Assembly (NCBI RefSeq): GCF_023055435.1
Contig: NW_025963802.1
Span: 26,784,001-26,848,000 of the forward strand
DNA: 64,000 nt
Direction of reading: 5' to 3'
Source of the DNA: Haliotis rufescens
Lineage: Eukaryota
Shown: piece after piece, positions 60,996-64,000 of the stretch
Layout of the letters: every line of letters begins with the position of its first letter
Numbering within the stretch: position 1 is the first letter of the stretch
The notes under the pieces: model-generated
What the model saw: the letters and a program-made list of their open reading frames with translations, nothing else
The model's database searches: none
What the model was told of the DNA's origin: nothing
Program-made: the position numbers and the translations under genes

Positions 60996-61340
60996 GCCCA
61001 CTCCATTCCATCGATTACGCTTTAAGTGAATGGGAATATTAGATCTTGGAATGGGGTCTTCTGGAGAATTGTGTGGTCAGTTATGTCTTGGTTAGTCGTG
61101 TACGAGTCCTGATGAGGGTATACACATTGAGGAGTTTGTACAACACAGCAGCACAAGGGGCTTAGCCTCAGGTTAATTATCTAGGGGGTCGTGGTCAATG
61201 TTTTACTGGATTACAAAAGAAATCGGGGTGATTGAATTTCAATTAAAGTTAGCTTGTTACGAAATTACAGTTAATAGTCTTGCCAGGATGACACAGAGAA
61301 AAGTGTGTGTTTGAGGAGCAGCGCCAGGTCAGTGGTTCAG
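60996..61340 (+). repeat. ~345-bp direct repeat, copy 1 (copy 2 at ~63499-63845)
   Basis: GCCCACTCCATTCCA...CAGGTCAGTGGTTCAGTA present twice at high identity. Confidence 0.9.
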
Positions 61341-61584
61341 TAACCAGCCAGTGGCCCGGGAGTGATTGTATTCGGAGTCAGAGGGGCTGGTGCTGTGGGA
61401 ACACCACCAGACGCATGCAATGAATCATTTTTGACAGACAATTTCATCAAAGTGTAAGACGTGTCTGGTTCAACATTAAAAACCATTAGTCTTCGATTAA
61501 ACCAAATACGACAATATGACGAGCAAGAACACATGTATAGCTATGTGGTGCTACCGCCTTATTTCAAAACCCATCCCGGAGCAG

Positions 61585-64000
61585 TCCAATAGATCTAAGG
61601 AGGGATTGCCTGGTGCAGACCAACAGATCTAAGGAGGGACTGCCTGGTTTAGCCCAATTGATCTAAGGAGGGATGCCTGGTGCAGGCCAATATTTCTAAG
61701 GCGGCCCTGCCTGGTGCAGCTCAACAGATCTAAGGAGGGATGCCTGATGCAGCTCAACAGATCTAAGGAGGGATGCCTGGTGCAGCTCAACAGATCTAAG
61801 GAGGGACTGTCTGGTTTAGTCGATTTGATCTAAGGGGGGATGCCTGGTGCTGGACAACATTTCTAAGGAGGGATGCCTGGTGCAGATCAACAGATCTAAG
61901 GAGGGATGCCTATTGCAGCTAAACATTTCTAAGGAGCCCTGCCTGGTGCAGCTCAACGAATCGAAGGAGGGATTCCTGATGTAGCTCAATAGATCTAAGG
62001 AGGGATGTCTGGTGCAGCTCAACAGATCTAAGGAGGGATGCCTGGTGCAGACCAACAGATCTAAGGAGGGACTGCCTGGTTTAACCCAATTGAACTAAGG
62101 AGGGATGCCTAGTGCAGGACAACATTTCTAAGGAGGCCCTGCCTGGTGCAGCTCAACAGATCTAAGGAGGGATGCCTGGTGCAGCTCAACAGATCTAAGG
62201 AGGGACTGTCTGGTTTAGTCGATTTGATCTAAGGGGGGATGCCTGGTGCTGGACAACATTTCTAAGGAGGGATGCCTGGTGCAGATCAACAGATCTAAGG
62301 AGGGATGCCTATTGCAGCTAAACATTTCTAAGGAGCCCTGCCTGGTGCAGCTCAACGAATCGAAGGAGGGATTCCTGATGTAGCTCAATAGATCTAAGGA
62401 GGGATGTCTGGTGCAGCTCAACAGATCTAAGGAGGGATGCCTGGTGCAGACCAACAGATCTAAGGAGGGACTGCCTGGTTTAACCCAATTGAACTAAGGA
62501 GGGATGCCTAGTGCAGGACAACATTTCTAAGGAGGCCCTGCCTGGTGCAGCTCAACAGATCTAAGGAGGGATGCCTGGTGCAGCTCAACAGATCTAAGGA
62601 GGGACTGTCTGGTTTAGTCGATTTGATCTAAGGGGGGATGCCTGGTGCTGGACAACATTTCTAAGGAGGGATGCCTGGTGCAGATCAACAGATCTAAGGA
62701 GGGATGCCTAATACAGCTAAACATTTCTAAGGAGCCCTGCCTGGTGCAGCTCAACGAATCGAAGGAGGGATTCCTGATGTAGCTCAATAGATCTAAGGAG
62801 GGATGTCTGGTGCAGCTCAACAGATCTAAGGAGGGATGCCTGGTGCAGACCAACAGATCTAAGGAGGGACTGCCTGGTTTAACCCAGTTGAACTAAGGAG
62901 GGATGCCTGGTGCAGGACAACATTTCTAAGGAGGCCCTGCCTGGTGCAGCTCAACAGATCTAAGGAGGGATGCCTGATACAACTCAACAGATCTAAGGAG
63001 GGATGCCTGATGCAGCTCAACAGATCTAAGGAGAGATGCCTGATGCAGCTCAGTTGATCTAAGGAGGGATGCCTGGTGCAGGACAACATTTCTAAGGAGG
63101 GATGCCTGGTGCAGCTCAACAGATCTAAGAAGGGATGCCTGATGCAGCCCAATAGATCTAAGGAGGGATGCCTGGTGCAGACCAACAGATCTAAGGAGGG
63201 ACTGCCTGGTTTAACCCAATTGAACTAAGGAGGGATGCCTGGTGCAGGACAACATTTCTAAGGAGGCCCTGCCTGGTGCAGCTCAACAGATCTAAGGAGG
63301 GATGCCTGATACAACTCAACAGATCTAAGGAGGGATGCCTGAAGCAGCTCAACAGATCTAAGGAGAGATGCCTGATGCAGCTCAATTGATCTAAGGAGGG
63401 ATGCCTGGTGCAGGACAACATTTCTAAGGAGGTCCTGCCTGGTGCAGCTCAACAGATCTAAGGGGGGATTCCCGGAGTAGCCCAACAGATCAAGGGAGGC
63501 CCACTCCATTCCAACGATTACGCTTTAAGTGAATGGAAACATTAGATCTTGGGATGGGGTTTTCTGGAGAATTGTGTGGTCAGTTATGTCTTGGTTAGTC
63601 GTGTACGAGCCCTGATGAGAGTATACACATTGAGGAGTTTGTACAACACAGCAGCACAAGGGGCTTAGCCTCAGGTTATTTATCTAGGGGGTCGTGGTCA
63701 ATGTTTTACTGGATTACAAAAGAAATCGGGGTGATTGAATTTCAATTAAAGTTAGCTTGTTACGTAATTACAGTTAAAAGTCTTGCCACGATGACACAGA
63801 GAAAAGTGTGTGTTTGAGGAGCAGCTCCAGGTCAGTGGTTCAGTACATAACCCAACAGATCTAAGGAGGGACTGCATGCCTGGTGTAGCCCAACAGATCT
63901 AAGGAGGGACTGCATGCCTGGTGTGGCCCAACAGATCTAAGGAGGGATGCCTGATCAGTGGTTCAGTATATATCCCAACAGATCTAAGGAGGGACTGCAT
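61585..64000 (+). repeat. 33-bp satellite with ~399-bp (12-mer) higher-order repeat
   Basis: Unit CAGCTCAACAGATCTAAGGAGGGATGCCTGGTG; near-identical translated ORFs recur at 61816, 62215 and 62614 (period 399). Confidence 0.95.

Noticed and set aside
61100-61140. CTGATGAG as a hammerhead ribozyme
   Set aside because: No downstream stem II plus GAAA core

Overview
Eukaryotic (invertebrate, probably molluscan/abalone-like, inferred from the SINE family and the style of the host gene) genomic window with two assembly gaps. 1-14665 is a GC-richer Polinton/Maverick-like element. It ends in a ~560-bp terminal inverted repeat (TIR) finishing ...ACAACTACT and abuts a LINE RNase H region. A 5151-bp tandem duplication (1-3000 = 5152-8151) exposes the inner part of the left TIR at 2999-3186, so the whole interior (~3.2-14.1 kb, monomer about 12 kb) is visible. 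It encodes a protein-primed family B DNA polymerase (vOTU-like and VSR-like modules, now disrupted), two single-BIR (IAP-like) proteins, a 4x CCHC zinc-knuckle protein, a Cys-rich small protein and a spliced low-complexity protein. No integrase, packaging ATPase, adenain protease or capsid gene is visible. Most genes are driven by copies of one ~300-bp multi-CCAAT/TATA promoter cassette. One gene is followed by a perfect replication-dependent histone mRNA 3' stem-loop with an HDE-like sequence (4516-4541, minus strand), and a second, deleted copy lies at 14091-14125. The rest of the window is host DNA: decayed LINEs, Tigger, mariner and gypsy fragments, SINEs, MITEs, many minisatellites, and a six-exon type I membrane protein gene (signal peptide, C-type lectin, PAN/apple, S/T stalk, TM; 30312-39072) in which two introns are filled by tandem arrays of their own splice-acceptor sequence.
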